Shown: positions 9,786 to 19,824 of the stretch, one piece after another
How positions within the stretch are numbered: position 1 is the stretch's first letter
Layout of the letters: every line of letters starts with the position of its first letter
Source: Candidatus Cloacimonadales bacterium
GTDB lineage: Bacteria; Cloacimonadota; Cloacimonadia; Cloacimonadales; JAFGVF01
Assembly (NCBI GenBank): GCA_963677495.2
Contig: CAXXOU010000001.1
Coordinates: forward strand, 922,042-986,041
Length of the DNA stretch: 64,000 nucleotides
Direction of reading: 5' to 3'
Program-made: the position numbers and the translations under genes
Notes under the pieces: generated by a model
Database searches by the model: none
What the model was told of the DNA's origin: nothing
The model's input: the letters and a program-made list of their open reading frames with translations, nothing else

Positions 9786-9968
9786 CAAGTATAATCAATA
9801 ATAATGAAAAATTTAGTTTACATCCATCGAACAAAAAGAAAAATCACATCTATATACAGAACTAAGTGTTTATATGATTAGTAAACAGCTTCAACCTGTT
9901 GAGGTTGAAGAGATATATAGAAAATCTTCTCGAAAGAGAACAGTTATTTTAAAAAATTGGACAAATGT

Positions 9969-11744
9969 ATGAAACGTGAGAAAAGAACTAAGCAGTTCGC
10001 CCGTGTTTTACCACTACTTAAGAAAACTTGGCCAAAGATAGCTTTAGGTGTTGTCACACTTATAATAGTAGATACACTTCAGCTAATTATTCCAAAGTTT
10101 ACCCAGAAAGCAATTGATGGAATTCAGACAGGCATACTTGATAAAGCAGGTTTAGCACAAATAGCCCTACATATTTTCCTTCTGACAATGGGCATTGTGG
10201 TTATGAGATTCTTATGGAGATACCTTATAGTCGGGAACTCTTTCTTTATTGAGACCGAATTGAGACAAAATTTCTACAACCACCTTTTAAAATTATCCCA
10301 GAACTTCTACAATTACAACAAAATTGGTGATCTGATGGCACATGCTACAAATGACTTGAATGCTGTCAGAATGCTATTTGGTTTTGGTGTAATTGCTGCA
10401 TCAGATATTATCCTGATGTTCCTTGCATCTCTCGGGTTTATGGTAAATATCAATGGTAAACTGACATTGCTGGCTATTATTCCACTACCGATATTAACCT
10501 TAATTATTCTCTTCTTTGGAAAGAGAGTTCATATGTATTTTGGACAGGTACAGAACTCCTTTTCACAGCTAAGTGGAATGATTCAGGAGAGCATTAGTGG
10601 TGTTAGAGTTGTGAAAGCTTTCTCACAAGAGGGAAGTGAGTTAAATAAGCTTAGTGATTACTCTTATGACTATGTTAAAAAGAACATTACAATGGCAAAA
10701 CTTCAAGGTGTGTTTAATCCATTGATGACGGTTATTGTGAGTTTGAGTATGGTTATCACGCTTGTATTTGGTGGTAGAGCAGCTATCAGTGGCGAAATCA
10801 CAATTGGTGAGTTCATAGCCTTCTATTCTTATCTGGGTATGCTTGTATGGCCGATGATAGCAGTTGGTTTTATTATAAACATGTACCAACGTGGTACAGC
10901 TTCATTGGTAAGATTAAATAAAATCTTTGAAGCTCAGCCCGAAGTTAATGAAGCAAATACAGATAAATCAATCAAAGAGCTGCATGGTAAGATTGAAGTG
11001 AATGATTTAACATTCACATATAAGAAAGATGAGCTACCTACTGTTCTGGAGGATATCAACTTCACAGTTAATCCGGGTGAAACTTTAGCGATTGTAGGTC
11101 CAACAGGTTGTGGAAAAACAACGATTATTGATCTACTTGCAAGAGTGTATAATCCTGATGAGAATTCAATTCTTCTTGATAGTAATGATCTTCACAAAGT
11201 ACCTTCAGAGACTTTATATAGAGACCTCTTAATGGTACCTCAAGAGATATTCCTCTTTTCAGATACAATTGCAAACAATATAGCTTTAGCAAAACCAAAT
11301 GCAACTTCAGATGAAATTATGCAAGCTGCTGAGTTAGCACAAGTACATGGTGATATTGCCGGTTTCGATAAAGGATATGAGACAATCGTCGGAGAACGTG
11401 GTGTTACATTATCCGGAGGTCAGAAACAGCGTGTTGCGATTGCCAGAGCTTTACTTGGTAACCCAAAAATACTTATACTTGATGATGCTCTCTCAGCTGT
11501 TGATACTAAGACAGAGAGATCTATCATTAATCATCTTGTAAGAATCAGAAAAGATAAAACTACTATCATTATTGCCCATAGAATCTCATCGATCCAGCAT
11601 GCTGATAAGATTATTGTTCTTAATGAGAAGAGAATTGCTGAGAGTGGAACTCATGAAGAACTACTTGCAAAACAGGGATTATATTGGGATCTGAACGAGA
11701 AACAGAAACTTGAAGAAAAGATAAGTGGAGGTGAACATGCCTAG
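9969..11744 (+). CDS. ABC exporter, fused permease/ATPase, subunit 1 (MdlA/YheI-like)
   Basis: TM domain followed by GPTGCGKTT, LSGGQKQR and ILILDDALSAVD (degenerate D instead of catalytic E). ATG 9969 chosen over TTG 9957. Confidence 0.93.
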   Translation: MKREKRTKQFARVLPLLKKTWPKIALGVVTLIIVDTLQLIIPKFTQKAIDGIQTGILDKAGLAQIALHIFLLTMGIVVMRFLWRYLIVGNSFFIETELRQNFYNHLLKLSQNFYNYNKIGDLMAHATNDLNAVRMLFGFGVIAASDIILMFLASLGFMVNINGKLTLLAIIPLPILTLIILFFGKRVHMYFGQVQNSFSQLSGMIQESISGVRVVKAFSQEGSELNKLSDYSYDYVKKNITMAKLQGVFNPLMTVIVSLSMVITLVFGGRAAISGEITIGEFIAFYSYLGMLVWPMIAVGFIINMYQRGTASLVRLNKIFEAQPEVNEANTDKSIKELHGKIEVNDLTFTYKKDELPTVLEDINFTVNPGETLAIVGPTGCGKTTIIDLLARVYNPDENSILLDSNDLHKVPSETLYRDLLMVPQEIFLFSDTIANNIALAKPNATSDEIMQAAELAQVHGDIAGFDKGYETIVGERGVTLSGGQKQRVAIARALLGNPKILILDDALSAVDTKTERSIINHLVRIRKDKTTIIIAHRISSIQHADKIIVLNEKRIAESGTHEELLAKQGLYWDLNEKQKLEEKISGGEHA

Positions 11745-13872
11745 AGGTGGCGGACCCGGACATGGTGGCGGTATGAACGTTGATGACCTTCAAGGAAAAA
11801 TCTATGATAGAAAGCTTTATGGACGCTTGTTTGTCTATGTAAAGCCATATATGCATATAATAGCAATGGCATTCGTTGTAATGCTTGCGTTAGCTTTTGT
11901 TGAAATATATCTTCCACTTGTTACAAAGACAGCGATGGACGACCATGTGGTTTCTAATCGTTCAATCCTGATTCTTGATGATGAAGTCAAACAGGAAGAG
12001 TTCGAAAAGAGATATGGGAAGCTTAAGTTTAATAAGTATGATGCCGGTGATATAGAGTACGTAATTGTACCAACGAAGAAACGTAAACAGATAGGCAAGA
12101 AAGAGATTACAGAATATACTGAAGCCGGTATGTTGACAACTGCTAAGTATTACTTCACTGATAATAATTCTGAGCATTTAAAAATTCTGAATAGTTATGA
12201 ACCTGTAGATAAAGAAGTAATAATACTTTCAGAAAAAGAGCTAGCTTTCTCTGAGACTATCTCTAAAAGATTTAAGTCAAAAGATTGGCTAAAACTCAGA
12301 GAGAGAGATACTGACAGATTAATGTATTATGGTTTAATATACCTGATATTTGTTCTTTTGCAGTTCGCGTTTAACTTCCTGCAAGTCTTTATGACTACTT
12401 ATGCATCACAACACGCAATGAATGACTTACGTAAAGACCTGTTCGGACATTTGCAAAGAATGCCTGTGTCTTTCTTTGATAAGAATCCTGTAGGTCGACT
12501 TGTAACAAGGGTTACAAATGATATCAGGACCTTAGATGAGATGTTGGCTACAGGAGCAATAACAATTATACAAGATGTACTTAAGATTATTGCTATCATG
12601 ATATTGATGCTTAACTTAAACGTTGAGCTTTCACTTGTATCTTTCAGTTTAATCCCAATCATAATTATGCTGATATTCCTCTATAAGAAGAAAATCAGAC
12701 CAATATATAGAGAAGTAAGAAAGAAGATAGCCGGTTTGAATGCAACTCTTGCTGAGCATATGTCCGGTTCAAAGATAATTCAGATATTCAACCAATATGA
12801 TGCAAAGAAGAAAGAGTTTAGTGACAAGAATGAGAGCTACTACAGGACTACCCTCAAACAGCTTACGTTAAATGCATTCTTTAATCCTCTTATTCGTATT
12901 TGTACTCATATAGCTATTGCCCTTATCATCTGGTATGGTGGTGGAAAGATACTTGATAATGTAATTACAATCGGTCTCTTCATGGCTTTTACTGAATATG
13001 TTCGTAAGTTATTCGAACCAATCAATCAGTTCAGTCAGAAGTTTGATATACTTCAAGCAGCTTTAACCGGTGCAGAGAGAATCTTCGGACTAATGGATGA
13101 CCCACAGGATGACTATAGAGAAGAACTCACATCAGAGAAGAAATTTGATGGAAGCATTGAGTTTAAGAATCTTTGGTTAGCTTATAACCAGGAAGAGTGG
13201 GTACTTAAAGATGTTTCTTTTAAGATAAATCCAGGTGAGAAGGTAGCTTTAGTCGGTCATACAGGTTCAGGTAAAACCTCTATAGTTAATCTGATACTTG
13301 GAATGTATCCGTATCAGAAGGGTGAGATACTTCTTGATGGAGAACCAATTAAGTCTCATTCTCTACCGGATATTCGAAGCAATATTGGTATTGTGCAACA
13401 GGATGTGTTCCTATTCTCCGGTACTATAAAAGATAATATTGTTCTTAACAATGAGAAATTGAGTCAGGATAGATTGGAAGAGGTGGCTCATATGGTAAAT
13501 GTGGATAAGTTCATTGATACATTACCCGGAAAATATGAAGAGCCCGTTCAAGAGCGTGGTGCAACTTTCTCAGTTGGTCAAAGACAGTTGATTGCCTTTG
13601 CTCGTGTTCTTGCCTATGATCCTTCAATATTCATACTAGATGAAGCCACATCAAACATTGATACAGAGACCGAGATCCTGATTCAATCAGCCCTTGAGCG
13701 AGTTATGGAAAACCGTACTTCCATTATTATTGCACACAGATTGTCTACAATTCAGCATTGTGATAGAATCATTGTTTTGCACAAAGGTAAGATAATGGAA
13801 GAGGGTAATCATCAAGAACTTCTACAGAAAGAAGGTTTGTATTATGACCTTTATAAGTTGCAATATAGCTAA
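11737..13872 (+). CDS. ABC exporter, fused permease/ATPase, subunit 2 (MdlB/YheH-like) with a large loop after TM1
   Basis: GHTGSGKTS, FSVGQRQL, FILDEATSNID. GGAGGTG RBS before ATG 11737. Overlaps the partner gene. Confidence 0.93.
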   Translation: MPRGGGPGHGGGMNVDDLQGKIYDRKLYGRLFVYVKPYMHIIAMAFVVMLALAFVEIYLPLVTKTAMDDHVVSNRSILILDDEVKQEEFEKRYGKLKFNKYDAGDIEYVIVPTKKRKQIGKKEITEYTEAGMLTTAKYYFTDNNSEHLKILNSYEPVDKEVIILSEKELAFSETISKRFKSKDWLKLRERDTDRLMYYGLIYLIFVLLQFAFNFLQVFMTTYASQHAMNDLRKDLFGHLQRMPVSFFDKNPVGRLVTRVTNDIRTLDEMLATGAITIIQDVLKIIAIMILMLNLNVELSLVSFSLIPIIIMLIFLYKKKIRPIYREVRKKIAGLNATLAEHMSGSKIIQIFNQYDAKKKEFSDKNESYYRTTLKQLTLNAFFNPLIRICTHIAIALIIWYGGGKILDNVITIGLFMAFTEYVRKLFEPINQFSQKFDILQAALTGAERIFGLMDDPQDDYREELTSEKKFDGSIEFKNLWLAYNQEEWVLKDVSFKINPGEKVALVGHTGSGKTSIVNLILGMYPYQKGEILLDGEPIKSHSLPDIRSNIGIVQQDVFLFSGTIKDNIVLNNEKLSQDRLEEVAHMVNVDKFIDTLPGKYEEPVQERGATFSVGQRQLIAFARVLAYDPSIFILDEATSNIDTETEILIQSALERVMENRTSIIIAHRLSTIQHCDRIIVLHKGKIMEEGNHQELLQKEGLYYDLYKLQYS

Positions 13873-14009
13873 ATTTGGATTAAAATATGCATATTAACTG
13901 ACTGAACTATGGTAGTTAGAGTAAATAAAGCTTAGATAAATTGATTTTAAATGCAAATCATTGAATCAGGCTCACCTTTATAACTACCATTTACAGTCAT
14001 AATAATAAT

Positions 14010-14037
14010 TTGACAGGAAAAACGGATATTATATATT
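14010..14037 (+). promoter_or_regulatory. Putative sigma70-type promoter
   Basis: TTGACA-16 nt-TATATT, 66 bp upstream of the ATG at 14104, which has a GAGGAGG RBS. Confidence 0.5.
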
Positions 14038-14103
14038 TTGAAATTGTTGTTATGAAGATTATGTATAAATATAACGGAATGACCGTATAACAGAGGAGGA
14101 ATT

Positions 14104-16887
14104 ATGAAGAAAGCTCTTGTAATTGCAAGCATTTTTATCTTTGCTTGTAGTTTATTTGCTTTGGATTTCCAGCAAGCTAACTACAGAAACTCAAGTTCAC
14201 AGGTGAACGATCGTTACCTCGAAGTTTCCTACACAGAAGACTTTGAAGCAGGTATTGGTCAGTGGACTACTTTTGATGGTACAGTTCCAGCTGGAATGTG
14301 GCGCACATATGATGATAATGGTGAAATGGTTTGGTGGATGGGTGATGAATCACTCGCTAACGGAACAAACATTGGTGGTTACCTTGACCATACTTATGTT
14401 GTTTTAGATACACCTGAATTTACAGTTGATGCTAACACACTTACATTCGACATGAACTATGCTGTTGAAGATTTAGGTGGCTCAGCTCCTTACGATGCAT
14501 GGGATGGATGGAACATCCGTATCTCAACTGACCAAGGTGCTACTTGGACTATAATGACTCCAACAGCTCCTGCTTACAATGGTACATCTTTCTATTCATT
14601 CGGTTTTGAACATGGTGAAGGTGAAGGCGTTCCAGGTTGGGGTGGTAACTCTAACGGATGGCAGGCTGCTTCTTTTGACATGACTGCCTATATGAACCAG
14701 AATGTTATGGTTCGTTTTGCTTTTGCATCTGACCCAGGCTTCTGTACATCTGACGATGCTACTCTTTTTGGTGCTATGGTTGATAACATTGCTTGTGGAA
14801 CATTCACAAACGATGCATCTGATGCAACAGGTTTCACACCTTCAAGCTTAGTTCCACTCGGTGGAGACTTATGGCACATTACTACAAGCGCAACTGCTCC
14901 ATCAGGAAACAATATTGCTGCTTGTACTGATACTAACTTAGAATATGGTGCTAACGTACTTAACTACATAATCAGTCCTACAATTACTTTACCACCAGCT
15001 GGTGAAATTTGGGCTGACTTCCAGATTAAAACAAACTTCAGAGATGCTGATACTTTCCCAGCAGTTGATTACTTCGGTTTTGAAGTTTCTCCTGACGATG
15101 GTTTCACATGGTATGCTATGAGTAACCCTTATGGCGACACAAACGGTAACAACTATGTTTATACCGGTTCTGATGCTGGTGGACTCACAGATTGGGGTTC
15201 AATGATTGAAAGCTATAGCTTAGACGGAAGAATCGATGACTATGCAGGTCAAGATGTGAAATTCCGTGTATACTTCCAGTCAGACGAAGACACTCCTGAT
15301 GGTGATGCAGACGCTGATGGTTGGGGAATCTTTATTGATGATTTCATGGTTTATAATGATATCTATCTTCCACAACCTTATGCTTTAACCGGTGACTTTG
15401 ATCAAGCTACCGGTGTAACTCTTAACTGGTCAGCTCCAGCTGCTGCTGCACCGGAAGATGTAACTTTCACTAACTCAGCATGGGCTAGCTATGTTAACGA
15501 TGCACAGCCTTATGCAATGAAAATAGTGAATCCTTATGACATAGATGTTCCATTACAGTCAATCAACTTCGTTATGTATGCATCAAGCACAGAAGTTGCC
15601 GGAACAGCTGATGTTTATGTTTATGAAGATAACGCAGGTATGCCTGCTGATACTCCACTCTATACATTAGAAGACCAAGGTGACCTTGTGCATTATGACT
15701 GGACTTCTGTGAACGTATCTGAATTTGAATATTCAATTCCTGCAAACGGAACTATCTGGGTTGCTGTTGGTGGTTTTGATGGTGGCGAACAAGGTCTTCT
15801 TTGCGATGACTCTTCTACTACTCCATCAAGTGCTGCATACTCACAAGGTATGTGGACTGCTTTAGAACAGAACTACGACACACTTGTTAATGCTGGTATC
15901 AGTGCTACTCTTTTAGTACCTGACACTGACGTTTTAACACCTGACGGATACTCAGTTTACCACTCACTCGACCAAGAAAACTGGTCAAATGTTGGTTCAA
16001 CAACTTCAGATGTAACTACATATATGCATGATGCTCCAGTTGCCGGTCAGTTCAACTACTACAAAGTAGCTGGTGTTTATGGTGCAAACGAATCTGATGC
16101 ATCTAATATTGTATCTGTATTTGTTATTACTGATGAATATGCTTACCTTGATAATACTGATGGTACAGCAGAAATGGGTTATCAAGTTGGATTCAACAAC
16201 ATGATGGCTGTTTATTTCGAACATACACATCAGCCTGAAATCATTAACATTGGTATCACTGTTGAAACTCTTGGAACTGCTCCATTCATTATCAGAATCT
16301 TTGATGATGAAAATGGTGTACCTGCTGTTAGTCATGCATTCCAAACAACTGTAGCTGCTGCTGAAATTGCTGAAGGTCTTAACGAGATTGTTGCTCCTGA
16401 AGGAATGAATGAGCAACTTCAAGATGTATTTGAAGATGGTAAGTTCTGGATTGGTTTACTTGAATTCTCTAATGCAAGTACAATCGGTATGGATACTTCT
16501 GCTACAGGTAATTCAATGAAGAAGATTGGAACAGCTGCATGGGAAGATGTTACTGAAGGTAATATCATGATCCGTACACTCGTTTTCAACGGTCCTGTAG
16601 GTAACGAAGAAGTTGTAGTTCCTTCAAAACCAATGTCAATCAACAACTTCCCTAACCCATTCAACCCAGAAACAACTATTAAGTATAGTGTACCTACTTT
16701 AGGTCACACAACACTTAAAGTTTACAACATGAAAGGTCAGTTAGTTGATACTCTTGTTGATGGTACAGTTTCTCAGCTTTCAAATGAAATCGTTTGGAAA
16801 GCAGAAAACAATGCAAGTGGTGTATACTTCTACAAACTTGAGAATGGTGGAAAAACAGTTATCAATAAAATGATTCTTATGAAGTAA
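14104..16887 (+). CDS. Acidic secreted modular protein (jelly-roll/immune-inhibitor-A-like and FN3 domains) with T9SS/FlgD-type CTD
   Basis: Signal peptide; YDAWDGWNIRISTD.G.TW, VRFAFASD, GWGIFIDD; FN3-like LNWSAP...Y.VY...YYKVAGVY; CTD NFPNPFNPETTI...SGVYFY...KMILMK. Confidence 0.82.
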   Translation: MKKALVIASIFIFACSLFALDFQQANYRNSSSQVNDRYLEVSYTEDFEAGIGQWTTFDGTVPAGMWRTYDDNGEMVWWMGDESLANGTNIGGYLDHTYVVLDTPEFTVDANTLTFDMNYAVEDLGGSAPYDAWDGWNIRISTDQGATWTIMTPTAPAYNGTSFYSFGFEHGEGEGVPGWGGNSNGWQAASFDMTAYMNQNVMVRFAFASDPGFCTSDDATLFGAMVDNIACGTFTNDASDATGFTPSSLVPLGGDLWHITTSATAPSGNNIAACTDTNLEYGANVLNYIISPTITLPPAGEIWADFQIKTNFRDADTFPAVDYFGFEVSPDDGFTWYAMSNPYGDTNGNNYVYTGSDAGGLTDWGSMIESYSLDGRIDDYAGQDVKFRVYFQSDEDTPDGDADADGWGIFIDDFMVYNDIYLPQPYALTGDFDQATGVTLNWSAPAAAAPEDVTFTNSAWASYVNDAQPYAMKIVNPYDIDVPLQSINFVMYASSTEVAGTADVYVYEDNAGMPADTPLYTLEDQGDLVHYDWTSVNVSEFEYSIPANGTIWVAVGGFDGGEQGLLCDDSSTTPSSAAYSQGMWTALEQNYDTLVNAGISATLLVPDTDVLTPDGYSVYHSLDQENWSNVGSTTSDVTTYMHDAPVAGQFNYYKVAGVYGANESDASNIVSVFVITDEYAYLDNTDGTAEMGYQVGFNNMMAVYFEHTHQPEIINIGITVETLGTAPFIIRIFDDENGVPAVSHAFQTTVAAAEIAEGLNEIVAPEGMNEQLQDVFEDGKFWIGLLEFSNASTIGMDTSATGNSMKKIGTAAWEDVTEGNIMIRTLVFNGPVGNEEVVVPSKPMSINNFPNPFNPETTIKYSVPTLGHTTLKVYNMKGQLVDTLVDGTVSQLSNEIVWKAENNASGVYFYKLENGGKTVINKMILMK

Positions 16888-16905
16888 TCATTCTATTATA
16901 GAATT

Positions 16906-16935
16906 AAAGGGAATGCAGAAATGCATTCCCTTTTT
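16906..16935 (+). terminator. Intrinsic terminator
   Basis: AAAGGGAATGCA-GAAA-TGCATTCCCTTTTT. Confidence 0.85.
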
Positions 16936-17025
16936 CAATGATACAGATATCCATTCAAAACCATAATATTTAACTTTACAAAATCCCTTACCAAATTGCA
17001 ATAAACTAAAAATATAGGAGTAACC

Positions 17026-17229
17026 ATGGATTGCAAAAAGAGTGACAATCTTAAAAAATGTACTTGCACTTATGAGCCCTGCTCCAAAAAAGGAATCTGT
17101 TGCGAGTGTGTTGCTTATCATAAACGCTCAAGACAGTTGCCTGCTTGCTTCTTTCCCGCAGATGCTGAAAAGACTATGGACAGATCATTCGAACATTTTG
17201 CCCGACTTGTCCAAGAAGGAAAAGTATAA
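17026..17229 (+). CDS. Small Cys-rich protein (DUF6485-like)
   Basis: GGAG RBS. Pattern CTCTY.PC..KG.CCEC..YH....QLPACFF...AE.T.DRSF..F. Abuts sdaA. Confidence 0.75.
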   Translation: MDCKKSDNLKKCTCTYEPCSKKGICCECVAYHKRSRQLPACFFPADAEKTMDRSFEHFARLVQEGKV

Positions 17230-18456
17230 TTGGAAACCCTTAGAGAACTTTATAAGATTGGTAGAGGACCATCAAGTAGCCATACGATGGGACCTACAAT
17301 CGCTGCGACCACTTTTTTAAACAAATACCCCCTTTCTCCTCATTTTGAAGTTACCCTTTTCGCCAGTCTTGCTGCGACTGGTAAGGGGCATTTAACCGAT
17401 ACTGCCCTGCATGCTGTTTTTCATGACAGAAAGCTTGATATTGTATGGAAACCTGAAGTTGAACTTCCGCTTCACCCCAACGGCATGCTTTTCAAAGCTT
17501 TTGATGACAAACACAGTCTTCTTGGAGAGTGGCAAGTATATAGCATAGGTGGTGGCTCTGTGTCTGAAACAGGTGATAAGACTGCCCATAATGTCTATAA
17601 ACACCAATTTATGGATGATATTATTGAGTATTGCGAAGAGAAAGGCTTGACCCTCTGGGAATATGTTATTGAGCAGGAAGGTATAGAGATTCTTGATCAT
17701 ATAAAAGAAGTCTGGCAGGTAATGGAAGATGCCATAAAGCGTGGTTTGTCTGATGAAGGTGTTCTCCCGGGTGGACTTGGTGTCCCTAAGAAAGCTAATT
17801 CCTTTCTCAGGAAATCCAGACTCTCATCAGCCCATTATAAGAAAGGTATGACAATCACAGCATATGCGCTTGCTGTATCTGAAGAGAATGCTTCCGGTAA
17901 CTTGATAGCTACTTCTCCTACTTGTGGAGCGTGCGGAGTGTTACCTGCCACTATGAAGTATTGTCTTACCCAGCTCGAATGCACTGAAATGGAAGTTTAT
18001 AGAGCACTACTTACAGCCGGTCTCATTGGCAACTTAGTAAAACAGAACGGCTCAATCTCCGGTGCTGAAGTCGGTTGCCAGGGAGAAGTTGGAACTGCCT
18101 GTGCAATGGCAGCCGGTGCTGTTGCTCAAATACTTGGTGGTACACCATGCCAGATAGAATATGCTGCTGAAATGGGGCTTGAACATAATCTTGGTCTAAC
18201 ATGTGACCCTGTCTTAGGGTTAGTTCAAATTCCCTGTATTGAGCGTAATGCTTTTGCTGCAAAACAAGCACTTTCTTGTGCTGAATATGCCATCTTCTCT
18301 GATGGTAGACATAGAATCTCTTTCGATGAAGTAGTTTATGTTATGACTCAAACAGGCAAAGACCTATCTCCGAGCTATCGAGAAACCTCGATTGGTGGAT
18401 TGGCTGAAGCTTATACAAGAAGAGTAAGGAAAGAACATGAGAAAGATAAAAGCTGA
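17230..18456 (+). CDS. sdaA: L-serine ammonia-lyase, Fe-S dependent, single chain
   Basis: IGRGPSSSHTMGP, SLAATGKGHLTD, SIGGG, SISGAEVGCQGEVG, EHNLGLTCDPV.GLVQIPCIERN. Confidence 0.95.
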   Translation: METLRELYKIGRGPSSSHTMGPTIAATTFLNKYPLSPHFEVTLFASLAATGKGHLTDTALHAVFHDRKLDIVWKPEVELPLHPNGMLFKAFDDKHSLLGEWQVYSIGGGSVSETGDKTAHNVYKHQFMDDIIEYCEEKGLTLWEYVIEQEGIEILDHIKEVWQVMEDAIKRGLSDEGVLPGGLGVPKKANSFLRKSRLSSAHYKKGMTITAYALAVSEENASGNLIATSPTCGACGVLPATMKYCLTQLECTEMEVYRALLTAGLIGNLVKQNGSISGAEVGCQGEVGTACAMAAGAVAQILGGTPCQIEYAAEMGLEHNLGLTCDPVLGLVQIPCIERNAFAAKQALSCAEYAIFSDGRHRISFDEVVYVMTQTGKDLSPSYRETSIGGLAEAYTRRVRKEHEKDKS

Positions 18457-19279
18457 AGAGATAACTAAAGAAGTTGCTGAACTATTCAGAGCAGCAAACT
18501 ATGAGCTTGATGAAGAACTACCGGGACTTATAAAAGAGTTCATTGATAAAGAAAGCAATCCATTAGCCAAAGATATTCTTGAAAAGCTCCTTGTAAACGC
18601 AGAACTTGCCTTAGAAAAGAGAAAACCACTATGTCAGGATACAGGCGTAGCCGTGGTCTTTGTTGAACTCGGTCAAGAGTTGCAAATAGAAGGAAACCTT
18701 AAAGAAGCTATAGAGTCTGGTGTGGAATTAAGTTATAAAGACAACTACTTCCGTAAGTCAATGGTTTCGGATCCATGTTTTGGACGTGAGAATACCCATA
18801 ATAACTTGCCGGCTATAATTCATTATAATATCGTATTAGGAGATAAGCTCAAAATCACTGTTGCTCCTAAAGGCGGTGGTTCAGAGAATATGAGTCTTAT
18901 TGCCATGATGAAGCCTTCTGATGGAATCGATGGTATAAAGAAACTTGTTCTGGATACAATAATCGAAGCAGGAGGTAATCCATGTCCGCCTGTGATTATT
19001 GGAATTGGTGTGGGTGGTAACTTCGAAACCTCAGCTCTTCTTGCTAAGAAAGCTTTAATGCGTCCTTTAAGCTCTCATAATCCTGATAGTAATTGGGCTA
19101 ATCTTGAGACTGAACTTCTGGAAATTGTTAATAGTAGCAATGTTGGTCCTCAAGGACTTGGCGGAGATACAACAGCCTTCAAAGTGTTAATTGAAACAAT
19201 GCCATGCCATATTGCATCACTTCCGGTTGCAATCAACATCCAGTGTCATGCCCATAGACACAAATCAATAACTTTATAG
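18437..19279 (+). CDS. Fe-S hydro-lyase alpha subunit (two-subunit class I fumarate hydratase / tartrate dehydratase family)
   Basis: PLCQDTG, PKGGGSEN, AGGNPCPP, GPQGLGG, PCHIASLP, CHAHRH. The adjacent malic enzyme favours fumarase. Confidence 0.92.
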   Translation: MRKIKAEEITKEVAELFRAANYELDEELPGLIKEFIDKESNPLAKDILEKLLVNAELALEKRKPLCQDTGVAVVFVELGQELQIEGNLKEAIESGVELSYKDNYFRKSMVSDPCFGRENTHNNLPAIIHYNIVLGDKLKITVAPKGGGSENMSLIAMMKPSDGIDGIKKLVLDTIIEAGGNPCPPVIIGIGVGGNFETSALLAKKALMRPLSSHNPDSNWANLETELLEIVNSSNVGPQGLGGDTTAFKVLIETMPCHIASLPVAINIQCHAHRHKSITL

Positions 19280-19287
19280 GATTCAGA

Positions 19288-19824
19288 ATGAACATCAAAC
19301 TCACAACACCATTCCAACCGGAAGATTTAGCTAACCTTAAAGTTGGTGATAATGTCCTAATCTCAGGAGTTATTTACACAGCTCGTGATGCTGCTCATAA
19401 AAGGATTGTTGAATTAATTGAGTCCGGTAAAGAGCTTCCTTTAGAACTAAAAGATAATGCTATTTATTATACAGGTCCAACACCTGCAAGACCGGGAGAA
19501 GTAATAGGTTCTGCAGGCCCCACTACCAGCTACAGAATGGATGCTTATGCTCCTACACTCCTTGATAATGGTCTGAAAGGAATGATTGGTAAGGGTGCCA
19601 GGTCAGAAGATGTTATTGAAAGCATCGTAAGAAATGAAGCTGTGTACTTCGTTGCTATTGGCGGAGCGGGAGCTCTTCTCTCCGAAGCAATAATATCAGC
19701 AGAAGTAATTGCTTGGCCTGAACTAGGTCCGGAAGCAGTGCGAAGATTAGAAGTTAAAGATTTCCCATGTATAGTTGCTATAGATATCAAAGGTAATAAC
19801 ATATTCAAACGAGGAGACAGATGA
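19288..19824 (+). CDS. Fe-S hydro-lyase beta subunit (fumarate hydratase C-terminal subunit)
   Basis: TARDAAHKR, GSAGPTTSYRMD, MIGKG, GGAGAL, LGPEA. Confidence 0.92.
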   Translation: MNIKLTTPFQPEDLANLKVGDNVLISGVIYTARDAAHKRIVELIESGKELPLELKDNAIYYTGPTPARPGEVIGSAGPTTSYRMDAYAPTLLDNGLKGMIGKGARSEDVIESIVRNEAVYFVAIGGAGALLSEAIISAEVIAWPELGPEAVRRLEVKDFPCIVAIDIKGNNIFKRGDR